Shown piece after piece: positions 40,594-54,613 of a stretch of 64,000 nucleotides of DNA (the first letter of the stretch is position 1; every line of letters starts with the position of its first letter). Under the pieces are notes generated by a model. The model made no database searches. It worked only from the letters and a program-made list of their open reading frames with translations, and was not told where the DNA came from. Location of the stretch: NCBI GenBank assembly GCA_012295275.1, contig CM022672.1, positions 20,832,001 through 20,896,000 on the forward strand, given 5' to 3'. Origin of the DNA: Chrysomallon squamiferum. Taxonomy: Eukaryota; Animalia; Mollusca. The position numbers and the translations under genes are program-made.

Positions 40594-40970
40594 TCGTTCA
40601 GTATACACCTCTGCAGACAGCCTTTCTGAATTTAGTTTGCAACTTTTAATGCCAATTTTGAGTTTGTATACCTCAGTGTTTCTTAGTTTATTAAATAATA
40701 GAATTTCCCCTAATTATGTTCTAAATAGCCCATGTACGTCTGCATACGCTCTGCTATTTAGTTTTATGTATTTACCCCCATTTTCTGAACTTAATTAGGT
40801 AAACATTTAAGAACTGTAAATATATAAATTATAAACATGATTATACAAGATAGCTAAATAAATATTACCGTAAAATAATAATACATTTAAGATAAAATGT
40901 AGCAGAGATTCTGCTTTAAATGGGCATATAAAAATAAGGGTTTTGTGAGTTTTGTCCACCAAAGGGTTTG

Positions 40971-41627
40971 TTCCCGATTCTGGCAGTGAGATCATAACAC
41001 ATCTTAAATGAACACGCCAGTTGTTCCGCCAGAGTGCTAACGACTCTATTAAAATATGGCTCTTTTCTTCTTTAGGGTTTGTGCCTTTGGTGGGTATGTT
41101 CCCAAAACTGGCAGTCTCCAGATTAGGTAAGCGGTGAGCTGTTCTAATCCGCTTCCAGAAATGGGAAAACTGGCGTGAGCGATTAAGGCCAATTTAGACG
41201 TATAGGGATAACGAGATGTATGAAGAACAGATGGGGCGATTAACGAGATTGCAACAAAATTAATATTTGGAGACATGAAATTGATGTTATATCTCAGTAA
41301 AATTTGGAGACAGGAAATACTACCAGAAGACAAGCACAAGCTCGCCCAGCTGGCATTGGAGTAGTCACGTGTACCCGGGACACGGCTTCCTACTTGTCAG
41401 CTTGCGGTGGAGTGCTTTCTGGGTCATTTCGTGTGTAAAGGGTGACTGAATGTGCTTTCAAATTGTGGACAAAATACTGTTTAACAAAAGTATATCAATT
41501 AAGGTGATGGGCCATCAGTTAAGGTGACGGAACATCAATTATTAAGGGTGAGCAATAAACTGCCAGAAATGGAACAACTGGCATGTCTAATTAAGACGTG
41601 TTTTAATCTCACTGCCAGATTCGGGAA
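40971..41627. mobile_element. MITE with about 57-bp imperfect TIRs
   Basis: TTCCCGATTCTGGCAGTGAGAT..GCCAGTTGTTCC versus GGAACAACTGGC..ATCTCACTGCCAGATTCGGGAA; no TSD recognised. Confidence 0.75.
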
Positions 41628-43129
41628 TGCCAGAATCGTGAATAAACCGATAAGACAAGTCAAGGGAATCATGATGAATTATTGATGCTTATCGATAGGC
41701 CCCTAATTTTCACGAAAATGATGTAGAGCGATTCTTTAAACATTTTGAACTGGTTGCTAAAGAATTGAACTGGCCTCGGGTCTTTTGGAGAGGGAAAGCA
41801 AGGGAAGCCTATAACAATTTATCTGATGAAAGTGCTAGGAATTACCCCCTGTTAAAAGATGCGTATTTTAAGGGCGTGCCAGTTAACTAGCGAGGCTTAC
41901 AGACAAATGTTTAGAAACCTTAGGAAATATGAAACAGAAACTTTGAATGAGTTTATGTCAACACAGACGGGTTGTTTGATAAATGGGCTCGCTCACATGA
42001 CACTCAGGGTAATTATGAAAACTTACGAGAGCTTATTATCTTAGAAGAGGTTAAGAATTGTTTGTCGGTTAGTGCACGCGTACATTTAGAAGACCAAAAG
42101 GTGGACACGGTACAGGGGGCAGCAATTAGTGCATATGCATATGTTTTGGTACACAGAGTTCAGAATAATGTTTCCAGTTATAATAAAGCGCAATATTCTA
42201 AGACAATTGGTAACCATAGTGGGTCTAACCGGTTTCATTCCTCGGGAAATGGGGATAATCAGGTAAAGAGACAAAATGAATTCCAACCGAAGGGCAGCTC
42301 AAAAGTTGGTAGACCATTGTCTGCAAATGCTAGGCCGTTCAAACCAATGCAATGTGGGTATTGCAAAATGACAAATCACGTGATGTCTAACTGCTTTAAA
42401 AGGAAACGTGAATATCAAAATTTTGAAGTGGTAAATAAACATGATGGTTCGTCAGCTGGAAATGATGAGATTATTTACCCAGCGAATATTAATATGCGTG
42501 CTATTTCCAGAAAAACCTTGTCTAGAAGATTCTAAGAAAAAAAGGCCTATTAAATTAATTGAAGCAACAGTTTTAGCCAGAAAGCCCCTAGCCAATGTTC
42601 AAACTAAAATAAAAGAAATAGTTGATCGTTCAGCTAAAATTAGAAAATTTAAAGCACGTGATAAAATATTGTTATATCTATAAATATCAAAATCAAAGTA
42701 TTTGGGACCTTATGAAAATAAAAATAAAAGGTTAGTGATACAGATTACATCAATGATACCCCAAACAGATACAGGCATTTGAATTTGTTGAAGGCTTATC
42801 ATGAGCGTAAGCCAGCACTGCCAATCACGACAGTAAACTCAGGCACCAGAGATCAAACCAGTGAACCACAGGACATAAAACTGTCAAACAGTTTCGTTCT
42901 ATAGAACACTGACAACGTGGTATCCCAATTTCCCGATGAGTCGAAACGTGAAGAATATATTCAGTTATTTACGGATGCTCGAAATGTAACTAAAATTCTG
43001 GTTCAAGATGTGTCTGTCGGTGATGCTGCGCCAATCAAGCAACCAGCTTACAGAGTGAATACAGAGAAGGAGACAACCTGAAAAGTGAAATCCAGTACAT
43101 GCTACGGCATGACCTAATAGAACCAGCTT

Positions 43130-43170
43130 TCAGGATGGCCGAGTGGCCTAAGGCGTCTGCTGCATTTCAG
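43130..43170 (+). pseudogene. tRNA-Leu-like 5' half fragment
   Basis: TCAGGATGGCCGAGTGGCCTAAGGCG matches the conserved tRNA-Leu 5' arm/D-loop (GTCAGGATGGCCGAGYGGTCTAAGGCG); no 3' half follows. Confidence 0.7.
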
Positions 43171-43172
43171 CG

Positions 43173-43388
43173 GTTGAAAAAGAAAGTGAGAAAGAAATAT
43201 CTGATGATGAAGAGGAAGAAGACGAAGACAAGGTTAAAGATAAATCAAAACTGGAAGATCTTCATGAAGAAGAAGAAATAGATAAAAGAGAAATAACCAG
43301 AAGACGAAAAACGGAACAAGAGCAAACTCATATGGACAAGAAACCCAGATGACACTATACAAGAAAAGTATGCAGAATTCTAAAAGTT
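43173..43388 (+). pseudogene. HSP90: Intronless fragment of cytosolic Hsp90 (charged linker into middle domain)
   Basis: Translates (with frame changes) as VEKESEKEISDDEEEE..KLEDL, KKKK*IKEK*PEDE and [23 protein letters not shown], matching Hsp90 [48 protein letters not shown]. Confidence 0.88.
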
Positions 43389-44635
43389 CCCGACCCATTA
43401 TCGAGAGCTCAAAGAGCTGTAAATTAAGATTAAAGTGTTAATGAAGTGTTTATTGTGAGGTGTCACCAAAACGATTGAATTTCGTGGTTCGTGATGATCA
43501 CTTGTGTATTATTGCATATATGTGTTGTATATGTATGCAGTATTGTATCTATTATGTATATATTATTGTATTCATCATCTATGTATTATTGTATTACTCA
43601 TTTATTTATCATTGAATGTGTTATTGAATTTATTATATACTTAGTTTAAGTTCCTTGATTTATCATAGGTAAACTATATAAAGTCTTAATTGATAAAACG
43701 TTTTACAATACGAATATTTCCGTACCTTTGGTAAGGGAACTATTCTGTTTTTCTGGGAGAGGGGATGACGCTAAACCGTGTTTTTACCTTACGTAGTAGG
43801 GCCATTAACCATACCCTCGTTCAAACTGTGGAAAGTTTTCTCAGCGATATTTAGATGTACTGTTTTCTGTGTTTTTTTAACTTAGCAAATTGGTCCTAAC
43901 TTATTTACTAAGGCACGGATCGCAATTTAGGTTATACCTACTTGTAGAATTCGCTGGTAGCTTTTTTTTTTTTTTTTTACTTATTATAATATTTTATATT
44001 GTTGTTCTTTTAAGATACAGTTTTTTAAAATGTCGGTAACATATTTACTATTTACCTAAATAGTTTACTTTAATACAGTTTAACATCTCGTATTTAACCT
44101 GTATGCATCATTAAAGTAAGTAAATATGTTACCCATTCATTTCTATAAATATTCCTATCAGGATGTATTAATTTTATCTACTGTTGTTAAACAGTAATCC
44201 AATTACTGAAATCACCTAACAATTAACGATCATTAGCGAGAGACAAAAGGAATTTTTACCAGCTACGCTTTGCTCACTTCAAGGAAGTCCGCGACGTGTT
44301 TATTTCAGTAAAAGACAAAAGAAACGAGAGGAGAGACCACACAGAACAAAGAGAAGACACAGGTGGGACTGAGGACTCGGCAACCATTATTAGTCAATTA
44401 TGTCGGTAACTATATTTTGCGTTATCTTTGTTTATGTCAGAAACAGAGACAAATGGTTATCCTCTTTCTGTATGCTCTGTTTGATTTGTTGATCAATTTG
44501 AACCTGTATATGCTCCATAAAGAGTTTGAGTTATATATTTATTTCTAAAAAAAAAAATTGTTAGGGAAAATTAAAAGAATTAAGAATTATTGTCATTCCG
44601 TGTACATTTATAACACAGCAAGGATCGTTGGATGG

Positions 44636-44707
<72 letters not shown>

Positions 44708-45169
44708 TGTCAGAAAGAGGTGACATTATTTTGCATATCTGTTTTATTTCTCATATGAAATGACATACTCGAATAACAAATTTACTTGAATTTACTTAAG
44801 TTTGTTATTTTATTATTAATAATAGATGATTTGTATTGTATAGTTTTAATAATTAAAATGAAAAAAAAAAAGATTAAAATTAAATAATTCGAATTTGATG
44901 CTAGGAGAATAGCAGTCCAGTTACTAAGAGAAGAATAAATTATTATATGGTTACAGATATTCTTGTTTTTATATTTCAGTAACATCTCTTACTGTAACTA
45001 TTTATGATTCAATATTGTCACCAAAGAAATGATCAGAGATTATATATTTGTTTTTTTGTGGGTTTTTTATAATATTAATATCGGATTCTTGATAATTTAA
45101 TGTTTAAATGGAATGGTATATGTTATGAAGATGTCTTAAATCTAAACCATACACTACTCTGACCAAAAT

Positions 45170-45953
45170 AATAACACAATTTTTTTTTAATAAAACAGTT
45201 AAATAAATAAATAAACCCACTGTTATCATCCAACGTTTTTTTAAAGACTAAATTTTTTCTAGATTTAAAATTAAAAGAAGAGTTTAGAAACAGATGCCAA
45301 AATAATGCTGTAGAATATTTTGTAGGTAATCCACACACATATACAATTATATAACACATTTAGTTAATGATATCACTGGAAATTAATATTATTTTTCACA
45401 TTATATGTTATTAGCTATTACCATTTCACTTTTCAAATAAAAGATTAAGTTAAAGTCTCAGACACTGTGAAAATAATATTAGACACAATTAATGAAAAAG
45501 AATGAAAAAAAAACCCAAGAACAAAAAAACACTGTTATCATCAAAAGATGTTTGAATGACTATTCTGGAATTAAAACTAAAAGAAGAGTTTAAAAACAGA
45601 TGGCATAATAATGATGTACAGTATTTTGGCAGTAATCCACACACATATAAAATTATATAACACCAGTAACACATTTAGTTAATGATGTCACTGGCAATTA
45701 TTATTATAATATATATATTACATTATATTATAAGTTACTACCATTTCCCATTTCAAATAAAACATTAAGTTAAAGTCTCTGACACTGAAAAAAGTTAGAC
45801 AAAATTAATGAAAATGAATGAAAAAAAAACACCATTATGATCCAAGGATTTTTCAAACAAAGAGTTTAGAAACAGATGCCAAAATAATGATTTACATATA
45901 AAATTATATAACACAGGTAACACAATTAAGTTATTGATATCACTGGTTATTAA

Positions 45954-45987
<34 letters not shown>

Positions 45988-46300
45988 TTTTATGTTATTA
46001 GCATTTCACTTTTCAAATAAAACATTAAGTTAAATAATGTTGGAAAAAAATGAATGAAAATGAATGAAAGAACAAACCCCAAAACAAAACAAAACAAAAC
46101 ACTGTTATCATCCAAAGATTTTTTAATGGTTACTCTATATTTAAAATTAAAAGAAGAGTTTAGAAGCAGATGCCAAAATAATGGCAGTAATCCACACACG
46201 TATAAAATTATATAACATCAGTAACACATTTAGTTAATGATATCACTGGTAATTAATATTAATTTTTTAAATTATATGTTATTAGCTATTACCATAAGTT
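45170..46300. repeat. About four tandem ~300-bp copies of the post-FN3 intron segment
   Basis: Recurrent TTAGTTAATGATATCACTGG and TTTCAAATAAAACATTAAGTTAAA; single copies at 24450-24720 and 63720-63980. Confidence 0.85.
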
Positions 46301-46456
46301 ATTATTATTGCAGCTGTTGCTCATTATATTTCAATATTTCCTTTAGCATGAACAAAGACAATGTTACTATCATTCTTAAAACTGAAATACAGTGAAATCA
46401 CCTACTGGTAATAAATATTAATTTATAACCTTTTTCCAAAGATTTGAATTAAATCT

Positions 46457-49400
46457 TCAAGAAAGAGATTTATCTGTGACAAGAAAGAAGTTAACAGGTT
46501 CACTCATCACCTCTCCATACTGAGTTATTAGCTGTATGGTGTAGTTTGTACCGGGTTCAAGTCCAGTCAGGTCTGCAGAGACTGCATCTTTGAGTAATTT
46601 CTTTTTAACCAGCTTTTCACCTTTCTTCCCATACTGTATCCATATTTCTGTCCGTTCATAACAAGCAGGGGCATGATCCCATGTAATTCTGCCACCAGTC
46701 CGACTCACACTTTCACTGCTCACATGCATGGGACCAAGGACTGAAAATTGCATTTCATACAATAATATTACTTAACATAATGTATAATATACATTTCAGT
46801 ATCAAATCTTTTTCAGTATTTGCAAAAAAAATAAAAAAAACAATTATAAAAGAATCTATTTCAGTATGATGTTTGAACTACACATGAACATTAAGTACAA
46901 CTAGCAATCGTCACTAAAGATTTCATATAAATATTCTGCATCAATTCTGTATATTAAAGTTTAATTATATTTTTATATATCTCTCTCTATATATATATAT
47001 ATTGATTTATTTTTTATTTATTATTGTAGATGTCTATTTAGATACTTTGTACTCACAGGCATTTGTACCATTCAGTGATAACAGATCAGAAATCTAAAAA
47101 TTAATGTTAAAAAATAAAAGTTTTTATATTTTTATCACAAATAGAAACATATTCTTATTTTAAAGAATTATTTCCCCTTATTCAGTATCCATTCCTTATG
47201 GAATTTAATTTTAGTAATATTTTTAAAGGTTTTTTTTATTTATTTGTTATATGTAGAAATATATCAAAAATATTTCTGATTTAAAGAATAATTTTATTTA
47301 CACTGAGGATCCAATCCTTATGGAATTTAATGATAATAATACTTTATAAGGTGTAATTTTATATTTATTATTAACAGAAAGATAATAAATATATTCGTGT
47401 TTTAAAGAATTATTTTACTTACATTCACTGCACGTTCCTTGTAGAGTTGAGCATTATTAATAATTTTAAATTTCAGCTGAAGTGATTCTGATTTGAGACC
47501 TTCCTTGTCGGTCATCAGCCAGCAGTTATTGATATCCAAGATTTGTTCTTTCTTCTGGCACATCTCTGGCTGGTCTCTCGAACAGAAACATTTGTCTTGT
47601 AATTCATCCTGACACTCTGATTTCTGTTTCAAAATAAAGATATAAATAGTAAATAAATACCTGACATGCAGAAAAATAAAGTATGCTGATGACATGAATA
47701 AATAAAAAAGGATAATAAGACATGTAAAAAGAAATTATTTTCTAACGTTTTTAATAACAGAGGGTATATAATTTGTCAAAAAGCATTACCACTTTGAGTC
47801 CCTTAACAAATTAAATCCTTAACTTCTGAACAAAAATATCCATTATGATAATAATTACAAAGAGTATTCCCAGTTATAAAAATCATGTGAACAGAATGAA
47901 TGTACTAATTCATATTAATTAATTTTACTTGATGTTATTTTGTTTTCTTCTGCATTTATGATTATATGCCTGCATGTGTATGTGTGTGTGAGTGTGTGCC
48001 ACTGTGCATGATATTTGTGTATATGTGCATGCCTGTATGTATGTATGTGACTGTATCTATGCATGTGTATATATATATGTGTGTGTATCACTCAGTGTAA
48101 CACTTACAGCTATAGTAGGAATTATATAAGACTGTGTTGTTATTACAGAATTTGTACTGATTTGTATGACAGACAAATCCACTTGATGAATTCCACTTTC
48201 TAAATCAGAGACCATCAGAAAAGCCCTGCAAAAGAATTCACAAACACAATTAGTATTTGTATTTTAATTAAATATTCAAAGTATTTACATGATAGTCTGA
48301 TGATCTAATATAAAAATTTATAATTCTCTACAACAAAATATGAATTATCAACAATCCTTTTCAGGATTAAAGTCTTTCCTCAGGTAATGTGGAATCAATT
48401 TTCCAGACATTTTGATATTCAATATTATTTATTTATTTATTTTAGTGTAGTTTATTATATTTTGTTTTTGTTTTTGATTGTCTGCTATATCTTTTTCATG
48501 AAAATAAAAACCAAACTGTCAACTCACTTTGATTCAAATGGGTATTTGCCAGGCATGTTTCTTGTAAATTTGACTTTCTCCACAACATTTGGAGGTGAAT
48601 CATCAAAGTGAACTTTGATTTTATCTGTTTTACTTCTACCAGTGATGTCAGTAGCTCGGATCCAGATGGTCACAGTGTCACCTCGGAATTGGATTGTTTG
48701 GGGTTACAGTTGTGCTAAGTGTTGATGCACTGAGAGACTGCCATCCTGTTGTTGGTTCTTGTTGACCGTGACCTCCATCACTGTCTTTTGCATGTGCTAT
48801 CTCAAACTTGACAATGCCACGACTGTTAGGTATTTGATGAATAGTTCTTTCACCGTAGTTATCATCTTGAGTAATGTACTTCAGACCTTTCATCTGTGGT
48901 GGATATGCTTTGACTTCATTCAGGAGTTTGTTGTCTTCATGAAACTTGTTCACAAAATGGTCTTTCCAGCTCACCACTAATGGACTGCTAATATTAAATG
49001 TCCATACATCTTTATCGAATCCTGATGCTGAAGCTACCTGCAGTCCTTTGGAATCCAGGGTGATTTTTGTTGATGGGTCATACAGACAAAGACGTCTGAT
49101 AAACACAGAGTTGTTTGCTTTGTCGGATGCTTCTAGAATAAAAGAGTACATGCCAGGTTCAGAGGGTTGATAAGAAGAGACTGTGCTATTGAGATTTTCT
49201 TGCAAGACCTCTGTCATTTGAAGAGGTTGCAGTGGATACTGTTCTTGCAGTCTGCCACTAATGTCAGGCTTCAGTTTGAAAACTTCCCAAGCATAGCGGA
49301 ACATTCCTGACAGAGTATCCATCCATCCATTCCAGTTCAAAACAATTGGATTCTATAAGAAAATCATTCTGATTATCTTCAAATTCCAAAAACATGGCAA

Positions 49401-50045
49401 ATGTACATAAAATACTGAAAGAGATTAAAATCTTTATTTGTTTGCTACACAATAAAATCTTTACTGTAAATAATAATTGATTAAACTGGGCTTGATTAGT
49501 TATTTATGTGGATGTTTTTAAAATAGACGTGGATAAGAGATAGTTGAGAACAACATTAATATACACATACATACAATTACATACCCACACGTACACAGAC
49601 AAACAAAAATGTACATCAAATAGTTATGGATTCATGTTACATGGAAAAAACAGATTAATTTTATAAACTAAGTAAAAATGAAGAATATAACTTACTTGTG
49701 TGACATGGATATCGTTGTCTACACTAAATATATCTTTGCTGCAGCTTGAATTTGTTAACTTGCAATGTTTAGGCTTATCTGTGTCAAATCTGAACTCAAC
49801 AGCCTTTTCAGCCCAGTGTCCTTCAAAATCATCTGTAGAAAACAGGTTGTTTGGATTATCTGAATATACTACTTCACGATAACCACCACTTTTTGTTCTG
49901 AAAGTCACTGTGAGTCTGCAAATAGTAATGTAATCCAATCAAATGAAATGTCTATCATGGACATTTTTAAAAGAAAAAGTAATTTTAAGAAAGAACTTTC
50001 ACCAAATGATGTCAAATCTTATATTTTTTTTTTTAATAATAATTT

Positions 50046-50084
<39 letters not shown>

Positions 50085-50547
50085 TTTTCTCCTATCTTCT
50101 AAGCACTCAGAAAAGCAAAAAATGTTTATTTTAGAATTTAACAATTTTTATTTTATATATTTTTTTATTTTTCACCTGTCACCATTTTCTAGCTGCCTGT
50201 CAAAGTTTGGTAGGCTGATAGTGCAGTTCACTACATCTGGGGCTGGTGACCTGGGACCAATATTCAGAGATGTAAAAGTCCGGTTACACTCAATTGTTTC
50301 GTTCTTGCTGATATATTTTTGGGTTGGATCTGAAATGATAATTACATGGAAATTATGAATTTGTTGAGATAATTTAGAAAAACAAAAAACAACTCTAAAG
50401 TAAATTTCTGCCTCCACATTCAGAATTCCACTGTATTGTTCCTATTTCTTTACTAAAAAAAATCCCCATTACAATTCCTTTTTTTTGTGATCAGTTTTAG
50501 GATGACAATAATAGAAAATAAATCCGAAATATAATCGATAAGACTTT

Positions 50548-50589
<42 letters not shown>

Positions 50590-50600
50590 TAATAATAATA

Positions 50601-50636
<36 letters not shown>

Positions 50637-51066
50637 AGTAGTAGTAGTAGTAATAATAGTAGTAGTGGTGGTGGTAATAGAAGTATTAGTACTAGCATTG
50701 GTATTAGTATTATTATCTTTATTGTTCTCATCATAATCATTATCATTATCAATATTATTATCAATGTGTTGTACCTAGAAAAGAGTTCTTAATTAGCAGG
50801 ATATTCACTTCAGCATGTGTTATGCCAAACTCTGCCTTTCTTATCCATTTGGGTTTAACAGGTGGATCTTCTCCAGGGTACTGACTGACTGCAGTGATGT
50901 TGATCCAGTTAATCTTAAACTGATTTGTCCACAAGAAAGCTGTTTCCTTCTTATTGGTGGAATCCACAATCAAGGCATATTTCTTCATTGGATTAGCAGC
51001 TCCTCTCATCCAGAATGACATTCGTGCTTGGATCGTATTGTTAGAAGGTGTCAGTCTAGAATCCAC

Positions 51067-51122
<56 letters not shown>

Positions 51123-51510
51123 CAACAACAACAATAATCATAGTGATAGTAACAGTAATAGTAACATTGGTAAAAGTAATAGTAATAATAATAATCAGAA
51201 TAGTGATAGCAATAGTAATAATAGTAATAATAACAACAATAACATTAATGATAATCATAATAATGTTAGTATGAGAGAGAGAGAGAGAGATAGTATGATT
51301 TTAATTGCCCAGAAAATAAACACATTACATAACAAACAAACAAACAAATAAATAAATAAAAAGTTAATAAATATTAAATAAATACATTAAATACTCTATT
51401 ATACTATGAGAGAGAAAGAGAACAAAGAGAGAAGAGAGAGAAGAGAGAGAGAAAGAAAGTTAATCTCTTAGAAAATAAATACATTACATAAAAATCAAAC
51501 AAATTAAATA

Positions 51511-51578
<68 letters not shown>

Positions 51579-53154
51579 AATGTCTCAAAAAATAAATCAA
51601 TTACATACTAAATAAATAAATGGTAAATGAGATACAATACTCATTTGTAAGACAGAGAGAGAGAACAGGATATGAAACTAATTTTTGAGAGAGAGAGAGA
51701 GAGAGAGAGTATGATTTTAATCTCTTAGAAAATAAATTATATAATAAATAACTAAATAATTAAATACCGTATATACTTGTGTATAAGTCGAATTTTTGGG
51801 AGACTATATTAAGGTAATATTTTGGGGGTCGACTTATACATAGGTAATGCTTTTGTAGCTGTTGCTGAAGAGTCGCCATTTTGACTATTTTTTGCTACGG
51901 GATGCATCTAAAATAATCGCGGTCTTTCAGCTTTTCAAAAATATAATTTTATCGTATAAAAGATTTTGAAAAATTAAATAACAAAACCAAATATGAATGT
52001 AAAACATGATATTCTTCCGTTTAATGACATAAAAATACATTTTAAAGCGAGAAAACTGTCAGTACGGCGTTATGCCTTACGGCGTCTTGCAATGATCTAG
52101 GAATGCAGACTTCTCTGCCAAATTGCACTAAGTATCGGTCCTAATTTCATAAACAAAACTCACTTGTGTAATTGTAAAGAATTTGGTGAAATAATATTGC
52201 AATCGTCATTAATATCCACTACCGACAAATTTTGTAAATCATAGAACGGCTAAATATAACGGTAAGTTAGGTCTCCATTTTAGACCTATTACATTAAAGA
52301 GATACTATTTATGATACATTTAGGTTCGTGCAAGTTACAGCTCGTGCAAGTTATGTTACAGTAGGTGTACAATGTAGGCCCTCATGGCACTGTCACACTG
52401 GTCTAAAAATAGTGACGGTGCCTGGAATCTACAGTCGACTTATACACAAGTAATACCTAAAATGACGCAATTTTTGGTCTTAAAATACACATCGACTTAT
52501 ACATAAGGTCGCCTTGTACACAAGTATATACGGTAAATAAATAAACGAGGTACTAACTTGTAGGAGATAAAGAGAGATGGAAAATATGATTTTAATCTCT
52601 CAGAAGTTAGATGATTTACATAAGTAAATAAATAAATAAATAGACAGACAGATAAATAAATAAATAAATGAGATACTATACTTGTAAGAGCGAGAGCGAG
52701 AGAAAGAAAGATTAGAAAATAAATAAAGTATATAATAAATAGATAAGTAGGTAGGTAGGTAGGCAGGCAGATAGATAGATAGACAGATATATAATTGAGA
52801 TACTATACTTACTTGTAAGGCATTTTGTACCATTGAATCCATCCTCACAGATACAGGTAGTCGTTGTACCGCCTGGGTCTCGCTGACACGCACCAGGATA
52901 ACAGGCAGTGAGATGTGAACATTTCACTGAAATAAATATATGTGTGTCAATAAATTAATAAATAAATTATATACAAATGTGCATAATTATTATGAAAATT
53001 ATAAATAAAATAAAATATTATTTTTATGATGTTTATGGAAGAAACAGTTAATTTTTATTATTAATTTGATTATTTATTTATGTTTTAACTTTGAAGTTAT
53101 AGCATTTTGAATCAGAATTAAGGAGAAGTTTATCGTGGAAATATTTCTACTATC

Positions 53155-53205
<51 letters not shown>

Positions 53206-54566
53206 TCATCATTATTATTATTATTATTAATTTCAAATATATATATATATATATATATATTCAAAGCTTCATGTTGTTTCTGTTACAATGTTTATTGCTT
53301 TCAGGAGTAATTCATTAACACTCTTACAGCCATCACATCTGTCTCCATCTCTGCCAGCAGGACAGCGACAATGACCTGGTCTATCACAGGTACCTCCATT
53401 TCTACAGTTTGGAAGACAGACAGCTGGAGTAAAAAGAAGAAAGAATGAAATGACATCTTAGTAAATTAAACATTAAATAATTTGAATGTTTAATAAAGTA
53501 AGCTAACTATTTATCTGGCAACCGTGGGACCAGATTTGGTCCGAATTTATGATTACAGGCTAAACTGTTGCGTAAGATATAAAATATACAAAGGAAATTA
53601 ATAAAAGTAAGAGTAAACTGAAACATAACTTATTGTGAGAGGATCATCTGTATACAGTAACACTCTCAACTGAACTGGCGTCATCGAAAAAAATATGAAA
53701 TTCTCCAAATTCAAAAGTAACCAATTACAAATATAGCTGCTTTTCTATATTTTTCGGAATTCTGGAAGCCGGTTAATAGGTTCGATACTTGTATTGAGCA
53801 GTTTGGGTTTCAAGTTTTATTAAAGTTTAAACATACTTCAGTTAATTTTGCAGTTTTAATTTCTCTCCAGCTACACGATTAACAAGTAATGAGCGAAGAT
53901 CTTAATGGCATTTTTTAAATTTTCAAACTATAGAAACTGCCAGAAAAGAATAGTAAGTGGTTTTGTTTCCATATTTTCTCACCAGCCTTTTTGCACACTG
54001 AACAGATAATTAAAATTATTTTCACATACAAGTATCATGTATCAGAACACATTATAGAGTAATTGCAATTAAAATCACATAATTCTTCAAGTCCATAAGA
54101 GGTTTCAGGGAGGAGAAGACATCAGTTGACGGGTGCACCAACATCATTAGAAGTATCTCAAAGACATTAGTGTTGAGGAATGAATTTTGATACACTGGAA
54201 ATTCAGTTCGATTGTAAACAAATATTGTAATTATTTTCGTGTGTGCTTTTGTAAAATCTGAGAATAATTTTTTTTATTTGATATAATTTTGTTTATTTCT
54301 TTTGATTTGAACAGAAATACTAACTAATCAGAATTTCCTATCCAGCAGTGCTTGTTAACGTCAAATTATGTCAGTAAGAAACAAACTTACGAACGGTGCA
54401 GCTAGTTGAGTCCCACGACCTTCCCTTCCAGCCCATGCAACAGTAAGGATCATATCTGTATCGTGCCCTCCAGACATATTTATAGGAACAGCAGCTAAAA
54501 CAAAACATATAATTTAGTTAACATACGTAATGTCTAACAAATCGAAAAATTAGTCTTAAGCGTTTT

Positions 54567-54613
<47 letters not shown>

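Larger units (their letters stand above)
41690..44615 (+). mobile_element. Decayed Gmr1-like Gypsy LTR retrotransposon (gag, integrase C-terminus, RT start, pol end, PPT, probable 3' LTR)
   Basis: Gag PNFHENDVERFFKHFELVAKELNWP, LRELIILEEVKNCL, knuckle CGYCKMTNHVMSNC; integrase-tail RKFKARDKILL..GPYE precedes RT start GDAAPIKQPAYRVN..EIQYMLRHDLIEP; pol end DPLSR (~43393); PPT GGGAGAGGGGA then TG at ~43766; LTR end (..TAACA ~44615) tentative; no 5' LTR seen. Confidence 0.8.

Noticed and set aside
43130-43170. Functional tRNA-Leu gene or primer-binding site
   Set aside because: Only the 5' half is present, in sense orientation and inside pol; a PBS would be complementary to a tRNA and lie next to the 5' LTR.
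50453-51351. ORFs rich in poly-I/N/Y and similar ORFs elsewhere (13891, 25768, 31156, 44558)
   Set aside because: Translations of (AAT)n, (CA)n and (GA)n microsatellites; only 50775-51065 is a real exon.
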